From contig JAFGQU010000002.1 of NCBI GenBank assembly GCA_016935525.1, forward strand, positions 34,560 to 98,559: a stretch of DNA of 64,000 nt, in the 5' to 3' direction. The position numbers and the translations under genes are program-made. Positions 18,994 to 28,565 of the stretch are shown piece after piece (positions within the stretch are counted from its first letter, which is position 1; the number at the start of each line of letters is the position of its first letter). The DNA is from Candidatus Omnitrophota bacterium. Lineage in GTDB: Bacteria; Omnitrophota; Gorgyraeia; Duberdicusellales; 4484-171. The notes below the pieces were generated by a model. It had not been told where the DNA came from and searched no databases. It was given only the letters and a program-made list of their open reading frames with translations.

Positions 18994-21900
18994 TTAAGAC
19001 TGGACGGGTTCCTGGGCGAACTTGACCGAGACGATTTTGGAAATACCTTTTTCCTGCATAGTAACCCCATAGAGCACATCGGCATTACTCATCGTCTTTT
19101 TATTATGAGTAATTACCACAAACTGAGAACCTTTGGCGAATTCCGATAACAGCTGGTTAAAACGGTCGACATTGGCTTCATCCAAAGGAGCATCGATTTC
19201 GTCAAGAACGCAGAGAGGAGAAGGTTTGATCTGGAATATGGCAAAAATGAGTGAAATAGCAGTCAGAGCTTTTTCTCCTCCGGAGAGTAAAGACACGTTT
19301 TGTAATTTTTTTCCGGGAGGCTGGACCTCGATCTCTACTCCCGATTCCAGGACATTATTTTCATCAAGTAATATCAATTCGGCTCGTCCGCCGCCGAATA
19401 AATAGCGGAAATTCTTTTTGAATTCTTCTCTGATCTTGGTAAACGTATCGATAAAGATCTGCCGGGAGACACGGTTTATTTTCTGGATCGCTTTTTTCAA
19501 TTCTTCGCTGGAATAAATAAGGTCTCCCTTCTGTTTTTCTAAAAATTCATACCGTTGATTCAGTTCCTGGGACTCTTCTATCGCGACCAGGTTCACTTCT
19601 CCCAAAGAATCCAGTTTTTTTCTCCAGGAATCTCTCTTTTCTATAAGTTCTTGTACCACAATATCTTGGGGAATATCTTTTAGGGAAAAATCAATGTGAT
19701 ATACCTGTTTTAGATAGTCGACGATCTTATTTTTTTCAAATTCGGATTCCTGGATTTTCATTTTTACTTCGTACATATCCGCCTGGATTTTCTGAAGGAC
19801 TCCCTCGACACCGTCGATGTCGCTGGCGACTCCTCCGGCGCGAACAAACAATTCCTGTTGACGGACCTTCAACGATTCTTTCTCGGTTTCTAAAGAGGTG
19901 ATCGTCTGTTTTTCCTGGACAATACCGTTTTCTAGTCCTTCTATTTCCTGAGTAAACGAAGAGATCTTATCACGGATATCCCGCGATTCCGTTTCCAATC
20001 TTGTCTGGTTTTCAAGAAAACTTTTTTTATCTTCGGTAAAAATAGCTATCCGCTGAAGGAGAGATTCTTTATTCTCTTTGAGAGACACCAGCTCCGTCTC
20101 GTTTCGGGTAATGCAGATCTCTAACTCCTGGATCTTCTGGCGGCTTTCCACTATGTGCTGTTGGATCGTCTCCATTTCGGTTTTTACCGCAGTCAGGTTC
20201 TCTTCAATCCCTTTTAACTGGGTTTCTTTTGCGGATTGGGCGCCTTGAGCCTGGGTGATCGCCTGGGTATTCTCTTCGATTTCCCGCTCCAAGAGCTCAT
20301 ATTCCTCTTTCACCCGTTCATATTCTCTTTGCAGGTTTTCCCGTTCCTGCACTTTCTGTCCTAACCTTTTATCGAATTCGGAAAGTTCATACGTAGCTTT
20401 TTTCCATTCTTCTTTTAATTGGGCCGTCCGGTCCTCTTCTTTCTGGATAGTCTCGTTCAGATGTAAGATTTCCTGGGCATACCCGTCGATCTTCTCTTTA
20501 AGTTCCTCTTCTTCAAACAGGACTACTTTAGCTTCCACCTGAGCGGAATATTCTGTTCTCCCTTCGTGGGCGATCTCGGAAAACTGCACATCTTTAAACG
20601 AAGCGATAAGTTTGTTTATCTTAGTCGGGGGCTCTTCAAAGATCACCCTTACTTTCTTACTGCTGGAAAAACTTCCGTATTTACTGCGCAAATCCTTTAA
20701 GAAATCATAATAAGACCTTAATTCGATCAACTGTTTTTCTTTTTCCTGGCGTTGTATTTCCAGTTGCCGGTATTTCGCTTCGGAGGCCGAAAGGGCCTCT
20801 TCTAAACTTCGTTTTCTTTCCTGCAGTCCGGAAGCGTTGACATTAAGTTGTGTGAGCTCTTCGGTCACCGCCGCCAGCGATTCTTGACGTTCCTGGAAAA
20901 AAGTGGCAAGTTTTTCTTTATCCAGCAAAAGACGCCGGTTGCGGGCATGGATATTTTTCAGATGGGTCTGGATCTCGACCAATTCGTTATTACAATTGGT
21001 CTTTTCCGATTCGGCATTGAGAATCTCATGTTTTTTTAAATCAAGAGCCCCTTGAGCTTCCTTCACCTGAACGGCTAATGCCTCTTTCTCTTTTTGCGAG
21101 GCAACTGCCTCCTGATTAAGACGTTCTACATCGCCGTCTATAGTGCTCAACAATCTGGTCTCCCGTTCGATCCGTTCATCCTGAAATGTTATCTTTTCTT
21201 TTAATTCGGCAAGCTCTGATCCGATCCCGGAAATCCGGGCATTTCTCTCTTCTATCCGTTGCCGGTTGATCACAATCGTATTCTGGGAAAGCTCTATCTT
21301 GGAATTTAAGGAAAAAATGCGGGAAGTGATCTCCTCCAGCGTATCGCGTAATGTCTGGATCTGCCTACTGAAATCATCTTTCGTCACGCGCAGTCGGGCT
21401 AAGGCCTCTTTCTGTTCATTCTCTCCTGAGGTATGTTTCTCAAGTTCCTGATTGAGTCCGTCTATCCTTTCGGAACAAGTCTTATAGTTAATATTGGCGA
21501 TAGTCTGTTCAATCTCGATCAGAGAGGCTTCAATATCTTTATATTTTTTGGCTTTCGCGACCTGACGGTCTAAATAACGGATCTGACGGTGTACTTCGGC
21601 GATGATATCGTCAAGACGGATGATATTTTCTTCGGTCGACTGAAGTTTTCTTAACGTTTCTTTCTTACGGTCTTTATATTTTACTATCCCTGAGGCTTCG
21701 TCGAATATCAGTCTTTTCTCTTCCGGTTTATAACTTAAGAATATCTCTATTTTCCCCTGTTCGATAAAAGAATAGGTAGATTCTCCTATCCCGGTCCCCA
21801 TAAAGAGTTCCTGGACATCTTTCAGCCGGGCAAGATTTTTGTTAAGGTAATACTCGCTTTCTCCGGAACGATAGAGTTTTCTTGAGACCGATACTTCCTT

Positions 21901-22185
21901 AAAACCGATCGGAAGGTATCCATCTTCATTGGCAAAAGTGAGGGCGACTTCGGCATAATTGAGCGGAGAGAAATGTTCGGTCCCGTTAAAGATGATATCT
22001 TCCATCTTGGTCCCGCGTAAAGATTTAGGGCTTTGTTCGCCTAACGCCCATTTGATCGCATCGAATACGTTACTTTTACCGCATCCGTTAGGCCCGACGA
22101 CAACCGTAATACCCGGCTCGAATTTAAGCGAGACTTTTTCGGGAAAGGATTTAAAACCGAATATTTCTAATGATCTTAAATACAT
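18994..22185 (-). CDS. smc: chromosome segregation protein SMC
   Basis: 1063 aa; Walker A GPNGCGKSN at N-terminus, long coiled coils, C-terminal signature LSGGEKALTAISLIFA and Walker B LCVLDEIDAPLDE. Confidence 0.9.
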   Translation of the reverse strand: MYLRSLEIFGFKSFPEKVSLKFEPGITVVVGPNGCGKSNVFDAIKWALGEQSPKSLRGTKMEDIIFNGTEHFSPLNYAEVALTFANEDGYLPIGFKEVSVSRKLYRSGESEYYLNKNLARLKDVQELFMGTGIGESTYSFIEQGKIEIFLSYKPEEKRLIFDEASGIVKYKDRKKETLRKLQSTEENIIRLDDIIAEVHRQIRYLDRQVAKAKKYKDIEASLIEIEQTIANINYKTCSERIDGLNQELEKHTSGENEQKEALARLRVTKDDFSRQIQTLRDTLEEITSRIFSLNSKIELSQNTIVINRQRIEERNARISGIGSELAELKEKITFQDERIERETRLLSTIDGDVERLNQEAVASQKEKEALAVQVKEAQGALDLKKHEILNAESEKTNCNNELVEIQTHLKNIHARNRRLLLDKEKLATFFQERQESLAAVTEELTQLNVNASGLQERKRSLEEALSASEAKYRQLEIQRQEKEKQLIELRSYYDFLKDLRSKYGSFSSSKKVRVIFEEPPTKINKLIASFKDVQFSEIAHEGRTEYSAQVEAKVVLFEEEELKEKIDGYAQEILHLNETIQKEEDRTAQLKEEWKKATYELSEFDKRLGQKVQERENLQREYERVKEEYELLEREIEENTQAITQAQGAQSAKETQLKGIEENLTAVKTEMETIQQHIVESRQKIQELEICITRNETELVSLKENKESLLQRIAIFTEDKKSFLENQTRLETESRDIRDKISSFTQEIEGLENGIVQEKQTITSLETEKESLKVRQQELFVRAGGVASDIDGVEGVLQKIQADMYEVKMKIQESEFEKNKIVDYLKQVYHIDFSLKDIPQDIVVQELIEKRDSWRKKLDSLGEVNLVAIEESQELNQRYEFLEKQKGDLIYSSEELKKAIQKINRVSRQIFIDTFTKIREEFKKNFRYLFGGGRAELILLDENNVLESGVEIEVQPPGKKLQNVSLLSGGEKALTAISLIFAIFQIKPSPLCVLDEIDAPLDEANVDRFNQLLSEFAKGSQFVVITHNKKTMSNADVLYGVTMQEKGISKIVSVKFAQEPVQS

Positions 22186-23396
22186 TGAGTTGACGTTTTT
22201 GCCTGATTGCTCAATGCTTTTGTTAAAAGCGGGATCACTTTAAATATGTCTCCGACGATCCCGTAATTAGCGACTTTAAAAATCGGGGCTTGAGGATCTT
22301 TATTGATCGCTACGATAACCTTTGCCGACTGCATCCCTACCAGATGCTGGATCTGGCCGGAAATGCCGCAGGCAATATATATTTTCGGCGAAACCGTACG
22401 TCCGGTCTGGCCGACCTGATGAGAATACGGCATCCAACCGGCATCGACCGCGGCCCGCGATGCCCCGATTGCTGCGCCCAGACTATCGGCAAGCGCCTTA
22501 ATCATCTCAAAATTCTCCGGTTTCTGCAGGCCTCTGCCGCCGGAAACAATGATATCGGCCTCGGCAAGGTTCACTTTATACGCTTCTTCTTTGAGGAAAT
22601 CGATGAATCTTATCCGGGAATCAAATAGATCTTCTTCGACTTTTTCCTGAATGAGCTTACCGGTACGGTTCGTATCAAGTTCGCATTCCGGCATCACCTT
22701 ATGACGTACGGTCGCCATTTGCGGCCGGTGATTGGGAGTAATGATCTGCGCCATGATATTGCCTCCGAATGCGGGACGCGTCTGAATAAGCAGATGTTTA
22801 TCTTTATCGATATCCAACCCCGTACAATCGGCAGTCAAACCGGCATAGATCCTTATCGCAATCCGGGAAACCAGAGAACGGCCGGTAGTGGTCGCGCCGG
22901 CAAGGACGATTTCCGGTTTGTATTTCTGGATCAGATGACTGATCACATTGGCATAATTTTCGGCAATATAATGGCCAAGTTTAGGATGGTCGACAAAAAT
23001 CACTTTATCGGCACCTTTGTAAAACAGTTCAGGTATTTTATCTTTAAGAGTATGCCCTAAATACACGCCTACTACCTCGGTATCCAGATCGCTGGCAAGT
23101 TGGCGGGCTTTATTTAACAGTTCGAATGAAACCCCGGCGATCTTTTCGCTTTCTTCTTCAATAAACACCCATACCCCCTGATATCCGCTTACATCGGTGC
23201 GAACGATCTGAGGTTTAAAGATCTCTATCGCGTCAAAGGAACACGCTTCCCGGCAGGCACCGCATAGAGTGCAGGTATTGAGGTCGATCACCGCGATCTT
23301 GTTAGCAAGGGTAATCGCTCCGAAAGGACAGGCTTTTACACAAACGCCACAACCGACGCATTTTTCGTTGATCACTTTTATTCCTTTTTCGCTCAT
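22176..23396 (-). CDS. etfA: electron transfer flavoprotein alpha subunit with N-terminal 2x[4Fe-4S] ferredoxin domain (FixB-type)
   Basis: N-terminal CVGCGVCVKACP and CTLCGACREACS clusters, followed by the ETF-alpha FAD-binding region. Confidence 0.8.
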   Translation of the reverse strand: MSEKGIKVINEKCVGCGVCVKACPFGAITLANKIAVIDLNTCTLCGACREACSFDAIEIFKPQIVRTDVSGYQGVWVFIEEESEKIAGVSFELLNKARQLASDLDTEVVGVYLGHTLKDKIPELFYKGADKVIFVDHPKLGHYIAENYANVISHLIQKYKPEIVLAGATTTGRSLVSRIAIRIYAGLTADCTGLDIDKDKHLLIQTRPAFGGNIMAQIITPNHRPQMATVRHKVMPECELDTNRTGKLIQEKVEEDLFDSRIRFIDFLKEEAYKVNLAEADIIVSGGRGLQKPENFEMIKALADSLGAAIGASRAAVDAGWMPYSHQVGQTGRTVSPKIYIACGISGQIQHLVGMQSAKVIVAINKDPQAPIFKVANYGIVGDIFKVIPLLTKALSNQAKTSTQCI

Positions 23397-24181
23397 AATA
23401 GATGTTTCTTAAGTTCGCCGACTAATTGTTCTACGCATTCTTCCGGTTCGCCTTCAAATACCATACCTTTTTCCCGGGGCGGCGGAGTAAAGATCTTCAC
23501 GACCTGGGTCGGAGACCCTTGAAGCCCTATTTGTCTTTCTTCGACTCCGATATCCCGATAACCCCATACCGGGATCGTCTGTCCTTTTGCTTTCATTTTA
23601 CCACGTAAAGAAGGAAGCCGCGGGTCGTTTATTTCTTTTACCACGGTAATCAATGCCGGCATCTGTATTTCGAGTATCTCGCTGCCTTCTTCCAGTAACC
23701 GTTCCAGCCGGATTTTATTATGCTCCGGATCGAATTCGTCGACTTTACGGACGTAGGTGGCTTGAGGTAGATTTAAATGAGCGGCAATGCCCGGGCCGAC
23801 CTGAGCGGTATCCCCGTCGGATGCCTGTTTCCCGCAGATCACCAGATCGACCTCACCTATTTTTTCTATGGCTTTGGCTAATACCAGACTGGTCGCCCAA
23901 GTATCGCTTCCGGCAAAAGCCCGGTCGCATAAATGGACCGCTTCGTCGATACCGAGAGCAAGGGTCTCTCGCAAAGCCGTCTCGGCCTGAGGCGGGCCCA
24001 TCGTCAATGCTACCGTATGAGCGCCGAACCGTTCTTTAAGAAGGATCGCCTCTTCGATCGCATACATATCAAAAGGGTTGATAATAGAAGCCACCCCTTC
24101 ACGAATGAGCGTATTGGTTTCGGGATTGATCTTGACGTCGGTAGTATCGGGTACTTGTTTAAGGCAGACAACTATTTTCAT
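23393..24181 (-). CDS. etfB: electron transfer flavoprotein beta subunit (FixA-type)
   Basis: MKIVVCLKQVPDTTDVKINPETNTLIREGV is the canonical ETF-beta start; it overlaps etfA by 4 nt. Confidence 0.8.
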   Translation of the reverse strand: MKIVVCLKQVPDTTDVKINPETNTLIREGVASIINPFDMYAIEEAILLKERFGAHTVALTMGPPQAETALRETLALGIDEAVHLCDRAFAGSDTWATSLVLAKAIEKIGEVDLVICGKQASDGDTAQVGPGIAAHLNLPQATYVRKVDEFDPEHNKIRLERLLEEGSEILEIQMPALITVVKEINDPRLPSLRGKMKAKGQTIPVWGYRDIGVEERQIGLQGSPTQVVKIFTPPPREKGMVFEGEPEECVEQLVGELKKHLL

Positions 24182-24274
24182 AACTCTTTTACCATACTAT
24201 ATATTTGAAAAATGTCAATATCTACGGGCAAAAAATACCACATATTGTCTTCGCGAGGCCTCTTAAAATACGGA

Positions 24275-25180
24275 TTAAAAAGATTTTTCGGCGCCCAATT
24301 GGTGCCCGGTAAGCAGGGCATATCCTTGTCGATACTTTTCCTGCGTTTTTTGCACAATATGAGCGGGTAAAGCGGGAGCCGGAGGATTTTTATCCCAATT
24401 CATCGTTTCCAGATAGTCACGTACAAATTGTTTATCAAAACTGACCTGAGATCTTCCCGGCTGATACTCATCCTTTGGCCAGAATCGCGATGAATCGGGA
24501 GTGAGGATCTCATCGATCAAGATGAGCTTGCCGTCGGCCAATCCGAATTCAAATTTGGTATCGGCGATGATGATCCCTTTTGATTGGGCATACCGGGCAG
24601 CTTCGGTATACAGGGTAAGACTTGTCTTTTTTACTTTCTCGAATATCTCTTTTCCGACGATTTGCGCGGCTTGGGTGTGCGAGATATTTTCGTCATGACC
24701 GGATGTCGCTTTAGTCGAAGGAGTAAAGATGGCCTGGGGAAGTTTATCGGATTCCCGGAGCCCTGGTGGTAACGGGATACCGCAAATCGATTGGTTTTTT
24801 TTATACTCTTTAAATCCCGAACCGGCAAGGTATCCCCGGATGACGCATTCGATCGCAAGCGGTTCTACTTTTTTTACGATCATTATCCGGTCAGAGAGCA
24901 TCTCGCGATAAGAAGCGAACCTATCGGGCAGATCATTTACCTCATTGCTTATCAGATGGTTCTCGATTATGTTTTTTGTGAATTCAAACCAGAAAAGAGA
25001 TATCTGGGTAAGCACCATCCCTTTTTGAGGAATGGGCGTGGGCAGGACTACATCAAAACAAGAGATCCGGTCGCTGGCGACGATTAAAAGGTTCTCGCCT
25101 AAATCATACAAATCACGCACTTTACCTCTTTTGGTGACGGGAATATGCTCAAAATTGGTCTGGTATATAGGAGGATTCAT
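24275..25180 (-). CDS. purC: phosphoribosylaminoimidazole-succinocarboxamide synthase (SAICAR synthetase)
   Basis: Long-form PurC: KRGKVRDLYDLGENLLIVASDRISCFDV. Confidence 0.85.
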   Translation of the reverse strand: MNPPIYQTNFEHIPVTKRGKVRDLYDLGENLLIVASDRISCFDVVLPTPIPQKGMVLTQISLFWFEFTKNIIENHLISNEVNDLPDRFASYREMLSDRIMIVKKVEPLAIECVIRGYLAGSGFKEYKKNQSICGIPLPPGLRESDKLPQAIFTPSTKATSGHDENISHTQAAQIVGKEIFEKVKKTSLTLYTEAARYAQSKGIIIADTKFEFGLADGKLILIDEILTPDSSRFWPKDEYQPGRSQVSFDKQFVRDYLETMNWDKNPPAPALPAHIVQKTQEKYRQGYALLTGHQLGAEKSF

Positions 25181-27045
25181 CCTTTAATAAATACGTCGGG
25201 CGCGATGACCTCGCCGAATTGACGTTCGGCTTCATCAAGACGGTCCCGTTGCTCTTGAAGTACGTCAAAAAGCAGAGAAGGGATTTCTATAAGCCCGTGA
25301 TAGATGTTTTTTATCCGTTCAATTTTTGTAACGAGCCGTTGAGTATATAACGTAAACTGTTTGAGATAATCTTCTTTACTATATTCTTTAGCTACTACCT
25401 CACGAAAAAGCCGGTTAAGGTCTTCGTAGCAGGGAATATATCCTATCGGGGTCTTATAGGCCTGCACGTCATTATGGACCCGTAATTCCATCCATTTGAT
25501 CCAGACGTGTTTATCTTCTTTGGCATTAAAAAAGTTGCCTTCCTCGTCACGCAAGAAATAGTTTACGGCAAAGATCCTCGCCGGATCGGTAAGTTTCTTT
25601 TCAAATTCAAGATGCATCTTAATATAGTGGCCGATCGGGATCGCCATGAAATCGAGGTTAGAAAACGGGTCGAATTTACGTTCACCTTCTTTATCCAAAG
25701 TGGCAAATGTCACTTCGGATTCAAGAGAAGCGCCGCAGGTGATCACTCCGTGCGTCCAATCAAAACTCTGAAATACCGGCGGCCAGGTACTGGAATCACG
25801 GCCTCCGTAAATAATGCCTTTTACATTCACCCCTTCGGGATCGTCAATCGCGGGATCGCAATTTTCAAGCACCTTCAGGTTTACCGTGTACCGGGCGTTC
25901 TTATGGGCATAAGGAATCTCTTTTGCCTGAAGATCAGTTTTACCGCACACCCATTCTCCGCTGAAATTCATCCCTTTCTCCGGCATCGGCCCTCCATCAC
26001 CCAGCCAACGCACTTTACCGTCTTTGGTCAACAATACATTACTAAAGATCACCTCCGGAGAATTCAACAATGCATCCCAGATAAGCGGATCGTTCTTCTT
26101 GCTCACATCCTGCAGGATCCCGAACATACCTTCTTCGGTATTGACCGCGTAAAGTCCTCCGTTTTTTTCCCGTAAAAAAGCGATATCGTCCCCGACTATC
26201 GTTTCATCCGGTAACATCGCCGTAGAGGTCTTGCCGCAGGCCGAAGGAAAGGCGCCGGTAAAATACGTTTTACGACCGCCGGGGCCGTTGATGCCGGTCA
26301 CAAACATATGTTCAGCAAGCCAGCCACTTTGCGAAGCTTCCTTGATCGCAAGGCGTAATGAAAGTTTTTTTAATCCCACGGTGTTTCCGGCATACTGGGT
26401 ATTGATACTGTAGACCACATTATCTTTCAATTCAATATAGACCCGGCGCTGCGAAACGTTTTTACTTACCGCACCTTCAAGTTCGCCGGCACTATGGATA
26501 ATAGTAAAAAATTTATCGGGTTTTTCTTTACGGAACGCTTCATAGGCGCTGCGGTAAAGGATCATCTCGGAATGGGCTACATAATACGAATCGGTGACCT
26601 GCAGGGCCAAGCGGGAAAAATCGGAATAGAGCGGGCCCAGGCAGAAAAAACAAACGATCATCTCTTTGCCGGCCATGGAATCCTTTAATAATCCGCGGAT
26701 CTCTTTACGGCCCTCTTCTTTGGGAATATTATTGATATATTTGCTGAAGTATTCTCCCGGAGAAACGAGGTATTTTGTCGCTCCTTTATCTCTGGCCTGA
26801 TCAAAATACCCGTCAAAATGGACCGTATGGCCCGATTTCGCCAGCGGTATTTCTTCGCCTTTTTCTACAGCCTGGGTACGAAGATACTCTCGGTCTCGGG
26901 CGGAATCCGTACAGACAAATATGCTTTTAGGATTGCATAATGAGACATAATCCAAGACTATTTCGATTACCGCCGGATTTACCAGCTGTGCGAACTTTTC
27001 GAAATTACCCGGAATACATTTATTTTTGACGATTTCCATAGTCAC
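25177..27045 (-). CDS. pckG: phosphoenolpyruvate carboxykinase (GTP)
   Basis: 622 aa; kinase-1a loop FPSACGKTSTAM and the other GTP-PEPCK signature blocks. Confidence 0.9.
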   Translation of the reverse strand: MTMEIVKNKCIPGNFEKFAQLVNPAVIEIVLDYVSLCNPKSIFVCTDSARDREYLRTQAVEKGEEIPLAKSGHTVHFDGYFDQARDKGATKYLVSPGEYFSKYINNIPKEEGRKEIRGLLKDSMAGKEMIVCFFCLGPLYSDFSRLALQVTDSYYVAHSEMILYRSAYEAFRKEKPDKFFTIIHSAGELEGAVSKNVSQRRVYIELKDNVVYSINTQYAGNTVGLKKLSLRLAIKEASQSGWLAEHMFVTGINGPGGRKTYFTGAFPSACGKTSTAMLPDETIVGDDIAFLREKNGGLYAVNTEEGMFGILQDVSKKNDPLIWDALLNSPEVIFSNVLLTKDGKVRWLGDGGPMPEKGMNFSGEWVCGKTDLQAKEIPYAHKNARYTVNLKVLENCDPAIDDPEGVNVKGIIYGGRDSSTWPPVFQSFDWTHGVITCGASLESEVTFATLDKEGERKFDPFSNLDFMAIPIGHYIKMHLEFEKKLTDPARIFAVNYFLRDEEGNFFNAKEDKHVWIKWMELRVHNDVQAYKTPIGYIPCYEDLNRLFREVVAKEYSKEDYLKQFTLYTQRLVTKIERIKNIYHGLIEIPSLLFDVLQEQRDRLDEAERQFGEVIAPDVFIKG

Positions 27046-27129
27046 CTCGGCAGTTATTATATTGAAAAATATATGAATTACAAGAAAAAAATATCCCGAT
27101 GCTGTGGTTACTCACCGGGATTAAAAATA

Positions 27130-27213
27130 TGCGAGGGAGGGGATTTGAACCCCTACAGTATCGCTACCGCTAGCCCCTCAAGCTAGTGCGTCTGCCAGTT
27201 CCGCCACCCTCGC
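27130..27213 (-). tRNA. tRNA-Leu (GAG anticodon), long variable arm
   Basis: Reverse complement GCGAGGGTGGCGGAACTGGCAGACGCACTAGCTTGAGGGGCTAGCGGTAGCGATACTGTAGGGGTTCAAATCCCCTCCCTCGCA. Anticodon stem CTAGC/GCTAG, loop TTGAGGG, 14-nt variable arm, T-arm GGGGTTCAAATCCCC. Confidence 0.8.
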
Positions 27214-27332
27214 GTTACGTTCTGAGATTAAATGGTATCCTTATCGAAAGAACAAAACTTCAATGATCAAGACCGAGCTTCTGCGAGAATAACTCTATTC
27301 ACTCTTTTAAAAATCGCCGATGGCGATAGTTA

Positions 27333-27651
27333 TTGCCGCCACCCTCGCATGGGCGATAGTGTTATCACACTTCCGTTCAGACTCGGGAATGTTGTCAGGG
27401 CGATTTGAAGTGGTCAGGCACCTTCACTCATGCCTTACCTCACAAGGTGTATCGCCCTTCATAGGGGCTCTGCCCCTGCTGATGTTTCGCTGTAAGTATA
27501 CCACAGAAGAACATCACGCGAAACCCGTCCCGCTGGCGATAACGCTACGCGGGACTGGTCTACCCCGGAGACTTTCAAAGAAGACAATTAAAAACCTATC
27601 GACTAAAGACCAACGACTATAGACTTTTTCACGTTGCCGCCACCCTCGCAT
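27333..27651. repeat. pair of 18-bp direct repeats (TTGCCGCCACCCTCGCAT) derived from the 5' end of the adjacent tRNA-Leu, bracketing ~300 bp of noncoding DNA
   Basis: Identical 18-mers at 27333-27350 and 27634-27651. 13 of the 18 nt (CCGCCACCCTCGC) equal the first 13 nt of tRNA-Leu (27201-27213). Confidence 0.5.
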
Positions 27652-27809
27652 AGGCAGTCCCCCCTGAAGTCAAATCACAGAAGAGAATTTCATCTAGCCG
27701 CTCATCGCTATCCGCTCTTTGCTGTCTGCGGATTGCTATGCGCTGCGCTAAAAGGATTATATTTTATATCATGCCGGACCGATTTAGACAAGTATAAGTT
27801 TACCTGTCT

Positions 27810-28565
27810 TTATTTTTTACCTTTTCTAGCCCACACCAGGAAATATCTGATTAATTTATATAATTCCTTACCCATCGCCCACGAATCCTTCGTTATGCTT
27901 ACAGTGCTTGAACTATTTCCCGACATAAAGATAGGTAGTTCTTTAATACGCATATCCTGCTGGCGCAGCTTGAGGATCAATTCGAGATCAAATAGAAACC
28001 CGGCGCATAAAAAATCCCCTCCCAGTCGATCAAACACATCTTTTTTCAGGAATTTCGCTCCCCCTTGGGTATCGGAAAATTCCAGTTTAAACAGGACTTT
28101 TACAATATAATTGAATACCCGGCTCAGGCATTTCCGAAAAAATTTCTGTCTTACGTTACCAAAGGAATTCCCCTTCCATTTAGAAAAAATAAGGCAATCA
28201 CAGGAATCATTATCCAATAAAGTAAGTTTATCTTTTATTAAATCCAGAGGAAACGGGGCATCGGCATCTACAAAACCGATAATAGATGTCCGGGCGGCTT
28301 TAAATCCTTCCTGAAGAGCAATCCCTTTCCCTAGCCGCTGTTTAAAATACAGATACGATACCCCGGGATCTTCCCGCGCGATATTTTTGATAATTGAGAG
28401 CGTATCGGACAGAGGGTCATTTACTACCACAATGATCTTTGGTCCTGAGCCAAACGTTGCCCTGATCTTCCTCATTGTATCGCCAATGTGCCTTTCGGCC
28501 CGGAAAGCGGGGATCACTACCGATATACCGCTATCGTATTGTGAACCGTTTTTTGATATTTGCAT
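27810..28565 (-). CDS. family 2 glycosyltransferase (polyprenyl-phosphate sugar transferase-like)
   Basis: ISVVIPAFRAERHIGDTMRKI and a DAD (DxD) motif in FVDADAPFP; 251 aa is the size of DPM1/GtrB-like enzymes. Confidence 0.75.
   Translation of the reverse strand: MQISKNGSQYDSGISVVIPAFRAERHIGDTMRKIRATFGSGPKIIVVVNDPLSDTLSIIKNIAREDPGVSYLYFKQRLGKGIALQEGFKAARTSIIGFVDADAPFPLDLIKDKLTLLDNDSCDCLIFSKWKGNSFGNVRQKFFRKCLSRVFNYIVKVLFKLEFSDTQGGAKFLKKDVFDRLGGDFLCAGFLFDLELILKLRQQDMRIKELPIFMSGNSSSTVSITKDSWAMGKELYKLIRYFLVWARKGKK

Noticed and set aside
27320-27622. 100-aa plus-strand ORF inside the repeat-bounded noncoding stretch next to tRNA-Leu
   Set aside because: No RBS, and it starts inside one direct repeat and ends at the other. 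The translation has no motif. More likely noncoding.
27346-27633. Possible structured RNA (RNase P RNA, tmRNA, SRP RNA) in the 300-bp segment between the direct repeats
   Set aside because: I looked on both strands for the RNase P P4 strands (AGGAAAGUCCGGGCUCC / ACAGAAxCCGGCUUA), the tmRNA tRNA-like ends and the SRP domain IV motif. None is present beyond chance fragments (a lone GAAAGTCTCCGGGG on the minus strand).
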